A stretch of 64,000 nt of DNA, taken from assembly GCA_016282375.1 (NCBI GenBank), contig JAEEKI010000019.1, forward strand, positions 79,186-143,185, written 5' to 3'. The notes under the pieces were generated by a model, which was given only the letters and a program-made list of their open reading frames with translations, did no database searches and had not been told where the DNA came from. This stretch comes from Bacillales bacterium (GTDB lineage Bacteria > Bacillota_I > Bacilli_A > RF39 > UBA660). Below, in pieces: positions 35,494-45,008 of the stretch. Positions within the stretch are counted from its first letter, which is position 1. Every line of letters begins with the position of its first letter. The position numbers and the translations under genes are program-made.

Positions 35494-36462
35494 TTAGGAT
35501 TTATCATATTTGTAAAACCCTTCGCCTGTTGATTTTCCTAATTTACCTTCGTCAATGTATTTATTTAACATATTAAGCATGCCTTTATAATTATATGGTA
35601 GCATCATTTTCTTTAATAATGGACTCATTAATCCAGGAACTTTTTGATATTGTTCAACAATGTTCTTTGCTGTTGTTAATCCAACTGTGTCAATAATCTC
35701 AAATGGGCCTTTTGGTGCTCCTGTTCCTCTTTTCCAAGCAATATCTATACTTTCTGCATCAGATACTCCATTAGTTAATAAATCCATACCACTTAACAAA
35801 AATGGAACAAGCATAGAGTTCAACAAATACCCTGATTTTTCTTTTAGTACAGGAAGAGGTAACATCCTAATACTTACTGCAAAATCCATAATTTCATCAA
35901 AATATTTTTTGTTTGTTTCTTCGTGTGCCATTACTTCAGCAGTATTTTTAATCCATATCGTATTTGCAAAGTGAAGTGACAAATATTTTTCTGGTCTTCC
36001 AGTATATTTTGCAAACATAGATGGTAAAAGAGTAGAAGAGTTAGTTACAATAACTGTTTTTTCTTCTAAGAGTGGTGCTAAAGTTTGATAAAACTTAATT
36101 TTTTCATCTTTTATTTCAGCCATGGATTCAATGACTAAATCAGCATCTTTCACAGCCACTTGCATATTTATTTCTAACTGAATACTGTTATAAGCATTTT
36201 CTACCTTTTGTAAACATTCTTCCTTATTAAAATGATCGATATCAGCTATACCTCTTGCCCAACTATTTTCATCATTAGTGTCTAATGACTCAATTGTATC
36301 AATATAATTCTTTTTTAATTCATCCAATTTTGGTTGGGTTCTAGTTTTACTATCTTCACTTCTTAACCATATTGTTACATCATATCCACAATAAGCTGAT
36401 TGAAAAGCAATTTGACTTCCTAAAACACCACCACCAGCAACCACTATTTTCTTATAATTCAT
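35494..36462 (-). CDS. 3-hydroxyacyl-CoA dehydrogenase family protein
   Basis: Rossmann N-terminus KKIVVAGGGVLGSQIAF, plus a 3HCDH C-domain-like GPFEIIDTVGL. Confidence 0.78.
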   Translation of the reverse strand: MNYKKIVVAGGGVLGSQIAFQSAYCGYDVTIWLRSEDSKTRTQPKLDELKKNYIDTIESLDTNDENSWARGIADIDHFNKEECLQKVENAYNSIQLEINMQVAVKDADLVIESMAEIKDEKIKFYQTLAPLLEEKTVIVTNSSTLLPSMFAKYTGRPEKYLSLHFANTIWIKNTAEVMAHEETNKKYFDEIMDFAVSIRMLPLPVLKEKSGYLLNSMLVPFLLSGMDLLTNGVSDAESIDIAWKRGTGAPKGPFEIIDTVGLTTAKNIVEQYQKVPGLMSPLLKKMMLPYNYKGMLNMLNKYIDEGKLGKSTGEGFYKYDKS

Positions 36463-36551
36463 ATGATTCTCCTTACTTTTATTAATATATACTATTATAA
36501 CATTTTATTAAAAAAAAAGAATCTTTTAAAAAGAATCTTTTTATTCTAAAC

Positions 36552-36627
36552 TGGAGCGAGATAAGGGATTCGAACCCTTGCATAACAGAGCCACAATCTG
36601 CCGTGTTAACCACTTCACCAATCCCGC
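36552..36627 (-). tRNA. tRNA-His (GUG)
   Basis: Acceptor GCGGGAT/ATCTCGC, D-loop AGTGGTTA, anticodon arm GCAGA-TTGTGGC-TCTGT, T-loop TTCGAAT, encoded CCA. The discriminator is U and the genomic base at -1 is A. Confidence 0.82.
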
Positions 36628-36675
36628 TATGTCAGTTAATAGAATACCAAAAAATCGGACAATTTGCAAGTCTAA

Positions 36676-37320
36676 TCAGTTTATTATGGCCTTTTTTAAA
36701 GATTCCCGCATTTTTTGTTTAATTCTTTGAATAGTATTGTCAACTTGCTTAGGACTCTTCTTTAGTCTTTTAGCTATATCTTGATAACTAATTTCATTAA
36801 TCAAATATGTAAATACCGTATACTCACTTTCTGATAAAACTTCTTTAGCTACATCAATAACTTCCGCATATGTTTCCATTGCAGTTAAATTATTCAAGGG
36901 ATCATTTTTCGAATCATCACTTATCACATCGATAAGGGGTGTTTTATCACTAAGAATTTCATAATCTAAGGATAAGGTTTCATTAAAAAAACGTGACTTT
37001 TGTGTCGTATATTTAGAAAGCATGTTAGTTACTCTTCTTTCAACGCACAAAGAAAGAAAAGTTTTTAAAGACGTATTTTTATTATCCTTATAAGAATTAA
37101 TCCCATCACTAAAACCATATGATGCCTCACAATAGACTTCTTGTTCATCAATTTGAAAAATTTTAATAACATTGCGATACTTTTTAATTATAATGCCTAT
37201 TATATAACCATATTTTTCATAAATAATATTCTTAATATTCTCTTCATCTTCTGGAAGCAAACTTAAAAGTTCACTATCCGAAATATCTTTTAAGTTACTT
37301 TTCATATGTTCCCATTTCAT
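36676..37320 (-). CDS. sigH: sigma-70 family factor, SigH-like
   Basis: Region 2/4 pattern TSLKTFLSLCVERRVTNMLSKYTTQKS and C-terminal HTH YQDIAKRLKKSPKQVDNTIQRIKQK. It sits downstream of rlmB as in Bacillus. The start is uncertain (ATG at 37320 or 37305). Confidence 0.68.
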   Translation of the reverse strand: MKWEHMKSNLKDISDSELLSLLPEDEENIKNIIYEKYGYIIGIIIKKYRNVIKIFQIDEQEVYCEASYGFSDGINSYKDNKNTSLKTFLSLCVERRVTNMLSKYTTQKSRFFNETLSLDYEILSDKTPLIDVISDDSKNDPLNNLTAMETYAEVIDVAKEVLSESEYTVFTYLINEISYQDIAKRLKKSPKQVDNTIQRIKQKMRESLKKAIIN

Positions 37321-37966
37321 ATAATAAAATGCCAGCACTTACTGAAGCATTTAAACTATTAATCTTACCATGCATAGGTAAAGAGACAATAACATCACTA
37401 TTATCACGTACAATCTTTGATACTCCATCACCTTCACTACCAATAACTAAAGCCTTTTGGGGAGCATAATCAATATGTTTATAATCTTCGCCATCCATAT
37501 CAGCACAGTAAATAAAATAACCCATTTTCTTTAGTTTATCGATAGCATTAACTAAATTAGAAACCATAATTACCTTTACATTATTAATGGCTCCTACACT
37601 GGTTTTATAAACCGTATCATTGACAAGAACACTACGATCTTTAGGTATAATAATACTTTTAACACCAATGCATTCACAAGTACGAATAATAGCGCCAAAA
37701 TTATGAGGATCAGATAAGTGATCTAGAATAACCACTAAATCTCCTTCGACTTCATCAATATTATGATACTCATAGTCAAAAACATCTAAAACAATTCCTT
37801 GATGATTGCCTTTTACTTTATTATTTAAAACATTATTATCTACAAAATCATACTTAATCTTATTTTTTTCTAAATAATCAATATATTCTCTTCGCGAAAT
37901 ATATGCTTTTTTAATAGTCTTTGTTTCTGTTTCATATAAAACATTTTTACCAAAAATTAACATCAT
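37295..37966 (-). CDS. rlmB: SpoU/TrmH-family 23S rRNA 2'-O-methyltransferase (RlmB-like)
   Basis: Motifs LDHLSDPHNFGAIIRTCE, VIGSEGDGVS and LPMHGKINSLNASVSAGILLYE. Confidence 0.8.
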   Translation of the reverse strand: MMLIFGKNVLYETETKTIKKAYISRREYIDYLEKNKIKYDFVDNNVLNNKVKGNHQGIVLDVFDYEYHNIDEVEGDLVVILDHLSDPHNFGAIIRTCECIGVKSIIIPKDRSVLVNDTVYKTSVGAINNVKVIMVSNLVNAIDKLKKMGYFIYCADMDGEDYKHIDYAPQKALVIGSEGDGVSKIVRDNSDVIVSLPMHGKINSLNASVSAGILLYEMGTYEK

Positions 37967-38066
37967 TTCACCGCCTTTTTAATTAATTCAATTATATCAA
38001 ATGTTGATAAGTTAGTTAACTTTTTTACAAAAAAAGCAACCCTAGTCGAGTTGTTTTTATAAAAAA

Positions 38067-38142
38067 TGGTGCTGGAGATAAGACTTGAACTTACGACCTA
38101 TGCTTTACGAGAGCATTGCTCTACCTGCTGAGCTACTCCAGC
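38067..38142 (-). tRNA. tRNA-Thr (CGU)
   Basis: Acceptor GCTGGAG/CTCCAGC, anticodon arm ATGCT-CTCGTAA-AGCAT, T-loop TTCAAGT, encoded CCA. Promoter TTGTAA-17-TATACT upstream on the minus strand. Confidence 0.9.
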
Positions 38143-38217
38143 ACTAATAACTAGTATACGCTATTTATTTTTAATTTACAACTTTTTATGATAAGATAAC
38201 TTTTGAAAGGAAAAGCT

Positions 38218-39135
38218 ATGTTTAAATATACTTTAGATAATAAAAGATATCACACTTTTAATTATTTCTTAAAGAACAAATTTGGTTGCAAAGTTTATAA
38301 AATACCCCTTGATGCTCATACAACATGTCCCAATAAAAAAACAGGTGGTTGCATATATTGTAAAGAAAATAGCAAAGCTAACATAACTGATAGTAACCTA
38401 TCTCTACTTGAACAATATCAAAAAGAAGTTAAAATTCTAAATCAAAAATGGCCTAATGCTAAACATATTATTTATTTTCAAACAGGCACTAACACTAACA
38501 TCCCCATCCAAGACTTTATAAATAGCGTTGAAACCTTTTTAAAGATTCCCAACATTGTAGGAATAGCTATTGCTACTCGACCAGATTGTTTAAACGAGGA
38601 TTATTACCATTACTTCAGTATATTGAATCAGCAAACATTTCTAACTATTGAAATTGGTTTACAAACTAGTAATGATGATACATTAAAATTAATTAACCGT
38701 GGACATAATGTTGATTGTTTTGTTAACACTATCAAAAAACTAAAAGAATTAAATATTTTTACGGTTGTCCATATTATTAACGGGCTTCCTTATGAAACAA
38801 AAGATGATATGTTAAATACTGTTGGATTACTAAACGATTTAGAAATAGATGGCATCAAAATCCATATGCTTCATATTTTAAAAGATACACCATTAGCCAA
38901 AATGTATGAAAAAGAACATTTTCCTATTTTATCTAAAGAAGAATACATTGATATTGTGATTAGTCAATTAGAATTATTAAATGAAAAAATAGTAATTGAA
39001 AGAATTACGGGTGATCCTATCATCGAAGATTTAATTACTCCAACGTGGCTTACTAAAAAGTTTATTCTTTTAAATGATATTGATAAAGAAATGGTCAAAA
39101 GAAACACTTATCAAGGTATCAAAACTAACAAATAA
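38218..39135 (+). CDS. radical SAM protein, TIGR01212/YhcC-like
   Basis: Cluster motif CPNKKTGGCIYC near the N-terminus, ~305 aa. Start follows GAAAGGAAAAG. Confidence 0.78.
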   Translation: MFKYTLDNKRYHTFNYFLKNKFGCKVYKIPLDAHTTCPNKKTGGCIYCKENSKANITDSNLSLLEQYQKEVKILNQKWPNAKHIIYFQTGTNTNIPIQDFINSVETFLKIPNIVGIAIATRPDCLNEDYYHYFSILNQQTFLTIEIGLQTSNDDTLKLINRGHNVDCFVNTIKKLKELNIFTVVHIINGLPYETKDDMLNTVGLLNDLEIDGIKIHMLHILKDTPLAKMYEKEHFPILSKEEYIDIVISQLELLNEKIVIERITGDPIIEDLITPTWLTKKFILLNDIDKEMVKRNTYQGIKTNK

Positions 39136-39162
39136 AAAAAGTGCTTTACAGCACCTTTTTTA
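39133..39162. terminator. bidirectional terminator
   Basis: AAAAAAAGTGC-TTTACA-GCACCTTTTTT between convergent genes. Confidence 0.65.
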
Positions 39163-39924
39163 TTTGTCTTTATGAGCCTTATCGCTAAATCCACGAATAG
39201 CATCAAGAACTTCCATTGGAATTGCAAAGAAGATTGTATTTGATTGATCTGAAGATACATCATTGATAGTTTCAAGTGTTCTTAAATGAAGAGCGCCAGG
39301 ATTTTCAGCCAATTTTCTAGCAGCAACTGCTAAGTTTTCAGCAGCTTCAGCCTCACCTTGAGACTTAGTAATAACGGCTTGTTTTTCTCTTTCTGCTTCT
39401 GCAGCTCTAGCAATAACTCTTTTCATTTCATTAGTTAAAGAAATATCTTTTAATTCAACATTCTCAACTTTAATACCCCAAAGATCAGTTTCCTTATCAA
39501 TAATATCTTTGATAGCTCCAGACACTTTTTCTCTTTCACTTAAAAGTTCATCAAGTGTAACACTACCAACAATATTACGCATTGTTGTTTGAGCAAGTTG
39601 AGCAGTTGCATAATAGAAGTCCTCAACACCTAGTACAGCAAGTGAAGCATCAAATACTTTATAATAAACAACAGCATTTATTTTAACGGATACGTTATCT
39701 TTTGTAATTGCTTCTTGTTCAGGAATATCATCAACTTTTGTTCTTACATCAACTTTCTTATAACTTTGAAAAATTGGTAGAACTAAACGCCATCCTGGTG
39801 CCATCATGCCTGAGTACTTACCTAAAGTAAACTTGACTCCTCTTTCATATTCGTTAATTTGCTTTAATGATGGTAATACAACGAATATGATAATAAAACC
39901 AATTAATGCTAGCATAAATTCCAT
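39160..39924 (-). CDS. SPFH/band-7 (stomatin-like) protein
   Basis: N-terminal TM helix, an SPFH core (VDVRTKVDDIPEQEAITKDNVSVKINAVVYYKV), and a coiled coil AEAEREKQAVITKSQGEAEAA. Confidence 0.85.
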   Translation of the reverse strand: MEFMLALIGFIIIFVVLPSLKQINEYERGVKFTLGKYSGMMAPGWRLVLPIFQSYKKVDVRTKVDDIPEQEAITKDNVSVKINAVVYYKVFDASLAVLGVEDFYYATAQLAQTTMRNIVGSVTLDELLSEREKVSGAIKDIIDKETDLWGIKVENVELKDISLTNEMKRVIARAAEAEREKQAVITKSQGEAEAAENLAVAARKLAENPGALHLRTLETINDVSSDQSNTIFFAIPMEVLDAIRGFSDKAHKDK

Positions 39925-39995
39925 ATTATCATCCTCCTTCTTATATGAATTTATCTACTATAATTATATACCTTTTTTAGTTATAATTACTAGTA

Positions 39996-40763
39996 CTATT
40001 TTATATTTTGTTGCCAAATCCATAAATTCATAATTAACTTATGAGGCAGCACTTTACTAACGATGACTTGTAAACGAGAATTAAAGCCATAAATACTTAC
40101 TTCCTTATTCTTTTTTAAATCTTTCCAAGCATTTTGAACAACATCTTTACTATCGTACATAGCAACATACTTCTTAACAACTTTATTATTTGTTACTGCC
40201 CGATCAAAAAACTCTGTTTTAGTCCAATATGGACACAAAGCCATAACCGAAATACCTTCCTTTTTCAATTCTACATTTAAGGCTCTTGAAAAACTTAAAA
40301 CATAAGCTTTCGTGGCAGCATAAATATTAATATATGGTATAGGTTGAAAAGCGGCAATGGAAGCAAAATTAATGATTTTGGAATCTTTTTTCATGAACGG
40401 TATACATAATAAACACATATTAGTTAATGCTCTTATATTAAGATCTATCATCCCCAAATTATCCTCGTTAGATACTAAAGTTGTTTTTTCAAACTTACCA
40501 TACCCACTGGCATTGATAAGAATTTTAATTATTGGTTTTTCTTCCGTTAATAATTTTTCAATTTTACTAAAACTATCACTATTAGTTAAATCTAATGGTA
40601 TAACTTTCAATGGCACTGATATTTGTTCTTTTAACAATTCAAGATTTTCTTTACGGCGAGCAATTACCCACATTTCATCAACATCTATATTGTCTGTTAT
40701 AGTAAGTGCAAAGTCCTTTCCCATCCCAGAGGAAGCCCCTGTAACAATCGCTATTTTCTTCAT
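39996..40763 (-). CDS. short-chain dehydrogenase/reductase
   Basis: Motifs VTGASSGMG (TGxxxGxG) and YAATKAY (YxxxK). Start MKKIAIV follows AGGTGA. Confidence 0.85.
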   Translation of the reverse strand: MKKIAIVTGASSGMGKDFALTITDNIDVDEMWVIARRKENLELLKEQISVPLKVIPLDLTNSDSFSKIEKLLTEEKPIIKILINASGYGKFEKTTLVSNEDNLGMIDLNIRALTNMCLLCIPFMKKDSKIINFASIAAFQPIPYINIYAATKAYVLSFSRALNVELKKEGISVMALCPYWTKTEFFDRAVTNNKVVKKYVAMYDSKDVVQNAWKDLKKNKEVSIYGFNSRLQVIVSKVLPHKLIMNLWIWQQNIK

Positions 40764-40797
40764 ATTATCACCTATATAATTATACAAAAAGAACTAG

Positions 40798-42549
40798 TTA
40801 TTTTCTAGTTCTCATTCGGTTATTTAATTCTTTACTAAATTCATCCATAGAAACAGTATGAGTTTCCTCTTCAGAATACATCCGATAACTAATATTATTA
40901 GCATCAACTTCTTTTTGTCCAAGAATTAAAGTATATGGATTTTTATTAACAATACTCTCTCTTATTTTATAGCCTAGTTTTTCGTTACGATCATCAAGAT
41001 TTACTCGATATCCCGCCTCTACTAATTTGTTATAAATACCTTTAGCATATTCTAAATGATATTCATTATTTACAGGAATAATGTTAATTTGAACAGGAGA
41101 TAACCATAAAGGTAATGCACCTTTTGTTTCTTCAAGAATATAAGCCATAAATCGATCAAGAGATCCCAAAATAGCCCTATGTAAGACAATCGGCGTTTTC
41201 TTTTCACCATCTTTATCGATATATTTTAAGTCAAATTTAGCAGGTAAACAGAAATCAAGTTGACAAGTTGAAAGTGTATATTCATTTCCTACCGCAGGTT
41301 TAACATTTACATCTAACTTAGGACCGTAGAATGCCGCTTCGCCAATTTCTTCAGTATATTCGATTCCTAATTCATTTAAAACCGTTCTTAAACCATTTTC
41401 GGCCTTTTCCCACATTTCATCATCAGGATGATACTTTTTCTTATCTTCAGGATCACGTAGTGATAATACACAACGATAGTCAGTAATATTAAAATCCTTA
41501 TAAACATCGAAGATTAGGTCTACTACTCTTTTAAATTCATCTTTCATTTGTTCAGGAGTTACGAATAAATGGGCATCATTTTGACAGAAATGACGACCAC
41601 GTTCAATTCCTTTTAAAGCGCCACTTGCTTCATAACGAAAATCGTGAGCAATTTCACCGATTCTGATTGGTAAGTCTTTATAAGAATGAAGTGAATTAGC
41701 ATAAATCATCATATGATGCGGACAATTCATTGGTCTTAAAACAAATGATTCACCTTCCACTTCCATTGCTGGAAACATATTTTCTTTGTAATGGTCCCAG
41801 TGTCCGGAAGTTTTATATAACTCAACATTACCAACACATGGTGTCATAACATGTTGATAACCAAGTTTTCTTTCTTTTTGTTTAATATAATTTTCTAGCT
41901 CTTCCCAAATAATATATCCTTTTGGTAAATACATTGGAAGGCCTTTGCCAACTAAATCATCAGACATAAAGATACCTAAATCTTTACCAATCTTCCGATG
42001 ATCTCTTTCTTTAGCTTCTTCAAGTTCTCCTAAATATTCATTTAAATCTTCTTCATTTTCATAACAAACACCATATATCCGTTGAAGCATTTTGTTATTA
42101 GCGTCACCTTTCCAATAGGCACCGCTAAACTTAGTTAATTTAAAATACTTTAATTCTTTAACAGAATCAACATGAGGGCCACGGCAAAGATCCGTAAAAT
42201 CGCCTTGTGTATAACAGCTAATAACCGTTCCATCTTCAAATCTTTCAATTAAATCAATCTTATATGGATCATTTTTAAAACGTTCTAAAGCTTCTTCACG
42301 CGTAATTTCTTCCCGATAAATTCTTTTTCCATCTTTAGAAATTTTCTTCATTTCTTTTTCAATTTTTTCTAAATCTTCATCGGTAATAGTCACATCGCCT
42401 AAATCAATGTCATAATAAAAACCTTCCTCTACGACAGGACCTACCCAAAACAAAGCATTTGGATATAAATGTTTCACTGCTTGTGCCATTAAGTGAGCAC
42501 AACTATGATTCATCATTGATAATCTTTCATCATCTAATATTCTTTTCAT
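40798..42549 (-). CDS. thrS: threonine--tRNA ligase (no N-terminal TGS domain)
   Basis: Editing-domain motif NHSCAHLMAQAV starts at about residue 14. Also LRPMNCPHHM, class II motifs, HRAILGS and an anticodon-binding domain. Confidence 0.93.
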   Translation of the reverse strand: MKRILDDERLSMMNHSCAHLMAQAVKHLYPNALFWVGPVVEEGFYYDIDLGDVTITDEDLEKIEKEMKKISKDGKRIYREEITREEALERFKNDPYKIDLIERFEDGTVISCYTQGDFTDLCRGPHVDSVKELKYFKLTKFSGAYWKGDANNKMLQRIYGVCYENEEDLNEYLGELEEAKERDHRKIGKDLGIFMSDDLVGKGLPMYLPKGYIIWEELENYIKQKERKLGYQHVMTPCVGNVELYKTSGHWDHYKENMFPAMEVEGESFVLRPMNCPHHMMIYANSLHSYKDLPIRIGEIAHDFRYEASGALKGIERGRHFCQNDAHLFVTPEQMKDEFKRVVDLIFDVYKDFNITDYRCVLSLRDPEDKKKYHPDDEMWEKAENGLRTVLNELGIEYTEEIGEAAFYGPKLDVNVKPAVGNEYTLSTCQLDFCLPAKFDLKYIDKDGEKKTPIVLHRAILGSLDRFMAYILEETKGALPLWLSPVQINIIPVNNEYHLEYAKGIYNKLVEAGYRVNLDDRNEKLGYKIRESIVNKNPYTLILGQKEVDANNISYRMYSEEETHTVSMDEFSKELNNRMRTRK

Positions 42550-42558
42550 ATTTCTCAT

Positions 42559-42762
42559 TCCTTTCCAATAAAAAAAGGATGATACCTAAGGAGTCTTCAG
42601 ACGGTACCATCCTTTTTTTAACTTAATTAACATAACGGCTATTTACCGGGACTTATTAGTCCTCTCAAAAAGTGGTAATTACTAGTCATCTTATTAACTT
42701 CCACCAACCGTTAACTCTCTATCAAAACTACCTAGTAATCATGTCTTTTCTCATTGATTTAC
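42559..42762 (-). promoter_or_regulatory. T-box riboswitch leader, Thr (ACU) specifier
   Basis: On the minus strand: -10 TATAAT (42774-42769). Stem I has AGAGAG...GGTTGGTGG. The specifier reads GG-ACU-A (codon at 42660-42658). T-box GGATGGTACCGT lies at 42612-42601. The terminator is AAGGATGGTACC...GGTATCATCCTT plus T7. Confidence 0.82.
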
Positions 42763-42804
42763 ACTTCCATTATATCACTAATTAATAAATATACAATTGT
42801 TTTT

Positions 42805-43305
42805 TTACTTAACTTCGCCACAATCTTGTTGTGTTGTTGGAAAAACATATTCATAATCAATATTTTTAATATCTTCAACCTTATCTATTTTTAATATATA
42901 TAATATAAGATGTTTTTCACACCAACCACATTGACTATGGACTCTAAAAGTAACCTTAACGCTCTCACCAAGGCTAACTTTTTCTATTGATTTAGGCTTT
43001 GACTCACCACAAGTATTATAATCTTGAAATAAGAACAGAAAACTACTTTCATCAAATTCTTCTTTCGTGGCATTAAAAGGTACATTATATTTATTTAATA
43101 ATTCATGAAACTCTTCATAAGAATTAACAATTTTATCAGTATACTCTACATCATTATCTAGTTTACCTAAATCAAAAATATTATTATTTTTATCCCTCAT
43201 AATAATTTTATAACCTAAAAAAATAATTGCGGCAATAAAAACAATTATAAACAATATCATGAAAATCTTCGAAGTAAATGAATTTCTTACTCTTACTCTA
43301 CTCAT
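42805..43305 (-). CDS. membrane-anchored protein, unknown function
   Basis: 166 aa with an N-terminal TM helix. The extracytoplasmic part has 5 Cys, including CGWC. Confidence 0.5.
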   Translation of the reverse strand: MSRVRVRNSFTSKIFMILFIIVFIAAIIFLGYKIIMRDKNNNIFDLGKLDNDVEYTDKIVNSYEEFHELLNKYNVPFNATKEEFDESSFLFLFQDYNTCGESKPKSIEKVSLGESVKVTFRVHSQCGWCEKHLILYILKIDKVEDIKNIDYEYVFPTTQQDCGEVK

Positions 43306-43389
43306 ATTAAATATTTTAACACTTATATAAAGATATTAAAAGTACATTATGATAATTAATTTCAATAAAAAAAGTAATGGCCATAACCA

Positions 43390-43650
43390 TTACCCTAATA
43401 ATCCATTAGTTAACCAGTCTGGTAATATACCTTTGCTTATTACAAAATATATTATTTTTAAAACAAATGTAATACAAACAATAATTAATGTGACAATTGA
43501 TAAGTTCTTAACACTTTCATCCTTAATTGTAAACAAACTCAAACAAAAAGCACATATAGCAAAAATATAATACATCACAAAAACAGAAGCAACAGAACAA
43601 ACAAAAGCTGCTATAGATAAGACAGAATTTAGGAAATTACCTTTTTTCAT
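43390..43650 (-). CDS. small three-TM membrane protein
   Basis: Start MKKGNF follows AGGAGGT. The sequence is hydrophobic throughout. Confidence 0.5.
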   Translation of the reverse strand: MKKGNFLNSVLSIAAFVCSVASVFVMYYIFAICAFCLSLFTIKDESVKNLSIVTLIIVCITFVLKIIYFVISKGILPDWLTNGLLG

Positions 43651-43734
43651 AATACCTCCTATTATCAATATTTATTATAGACTAAAACAATCACTTTTTC
43701 AATATTTTCACTATTCTTTTTTTAAGTTGACAAG

Positions 43735-43765
43735 CATAAAAAAAGCCCAATAAGGGCTTAATTTT
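43735..43765 (-). terminator. rho-independent terminator after tRNA-Ala
   Basis: Stem AGCCC/GGGCT (43744-43758) with a T-run on the minus strand. Confidence 0.75.
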
Positions 43766-43770
43766 TCCAT

Positions 43771-43847
43771 TGGTGGAGAATGTGGGATTCGAACCCGCGA
43801 CCCCCTGCGTGCAGGGCAGGTGCTCTAGCCAGCTGAGCTAATTCCCC
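43771..43847 (-). tRNA. tRNA-Ala (UGC), atypical anticodon loop
   Basis: Acceptor GGGGAAT/ATTCTCC with G3:U70. The anticodon arm CCTGC-CCTGCAC-GCAGG places C at positions 32 and 33. The T-stem GCGGG/CCCAC has a C50-A64 mismatch. CCA is encoded. Confidence 0.7.
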
Positions 43848-43898
43848 AAATGACTTAATTATCTTACCATATAATAATGAGATAATCAAGCAAAAACA

Positions 43899-44099
43899 CT
43901 ATTTTTTTACAACAGTAACTAGTCCCCGATCAACCTCTTCCAGAGCTCGACCTAATTCTTTTTTGTTTTTATACTCTTCTTCCTTCATTTGGAAATGATT
44001 ATATTCCAACATTTGTTTACTTCTTTGAGAAATAACATGTACTAGTAAATACTTTGATTCAACCTTCGTTAGTATCTTATCTATTGAGGGGTATAACAT
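43899..44099 (-). CDS. rpoZ: DNA-directed RNA polymerase subunit omega
   Basis: 66 aa. MLYPSIDKILTKVESKYLLVHVISQRSKQM matches the omega N-terminal signature. Confidence 0.75.
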   Translation of the reverse strand: MLYPSIDKILTKVESKYLLVHVISQRSKQMLEYNHFQMKEEEYKNKKELGRALEEVDRGLVTVVKK

Positions 44100-44190
44100 T
44101 ATTCATCCGCTCCTTACAATAATATAATAACCAATATTTTTCTATGTGTACATTATTTGTTAATAATTTTGACACACATTTGACAAAAGA

Positions 44191-44571
44191 TTATTTATCA
44201 TCAATTAAAACTTTAGCTACAATTTGCCCATTTTTATTAGCTAATCTAATCTTTGTTTCATTTAATGTTTTAACTTCACTCGTTGGATCATTTACTTTAC
44301 CATTTTCATCAGGAGTTAGGTAATTTTGATCTACTAAATCTTGAACAGTAATGTAGATAACTTGCTTTTCATCAAACAATTCAACATGATCATTACCATA
44401 TAACTGAGATAAGACTTTAATAGTATTTATTTTGTTTTCATACTTAACTTGATTTTCATCAAAAGTAAAGGCATAACTAATATTATTAGCGATAATAAAG
44501 TAAGTAACTGTAAAAACTAATAAAATAGCCCCACATATGTATTTTAAAGTATACTTTGACGCAAACATCAT
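44191..44571 (-). CDS. membrane-anchored protein, unknown function
   Basis: 126 aa with an N-terminal TM helix. Confidence 0.45.
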   Translation of the reverse strand: MMFASKYTLKYICGAILLVFTVTYFIIANNISYAFTFDENQVKYENKINTIKVLSQLYGNDHVELFDEKQVIYITVQDLVDQNYLTPDENGKVNDPTSEVKTLNETKIRLANKNGQIVAKVLIDDK

Positions 44572-44635
44572 ATCACCTATCCTCTAAGAGAATTATATCA
44601 CATATTAGTATATGAAAAAAGCCTCTTATCGAGAC

Positions 44636-44920
44636 TTAGCAACATTTACGTTCAAAGACATTCTCTACTACATTCTCCTCACAGCAAGAATATGTAGGAA
44701 CAAATGAATGACGATATATATGATGATTAATTATTCTTGTATTACATGGTTTAATATGTGGCACATCATAACAAATATAACGATGACATACCCTTTCCTC
44801 TGGACATTCATACACAGGATTTACGCAATTATTAGCCTGACTTACACAACTATCTTGTTTCATGTAGGAATTATTCATTCCATCATAAAATTGATTTTGA
44901 TTATCATTTTCAAAGTTCAT
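44636..44920 (-). CDS. Cys/His-rich small protein, CotD-like spore-coat candidate
   Basis: 94 aa with 11 Cys and several His. The segment HRYICYDVPHIKPCNTRIINHHIYRHSFVPTYSCC resembles the His/Pro periodic pattern of the CotD family. This call is tentative. Confidence 0.4.
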   Translation of the reverse strand: MNFENDNQNQFYDGMNNSYMKQDSCVSQANNCVNPVYECPEERVCHRYICYDVPHIKPCNTRIINHHIYRHSFVPTYSCCEENVVENVFERKCC

Positions 44921-45008
44921 TTTATATCCTCCTTTTACTATATCCTATTCCAAGATAATAAAAGATGCTAGGCAATAACATAAAAAAAAGCAAGTAATAA
45001 CTTACTTG

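Noticed and set aside
36518-36546. Direct repeat GAATCTTTT(A5)GAATCTTTT next to tRNA-His.
   Set aside because: Two short AT-rich copies only, with no complementarity beyond A/T runs. It probably just forms part of a weak terminator or A/T tract.
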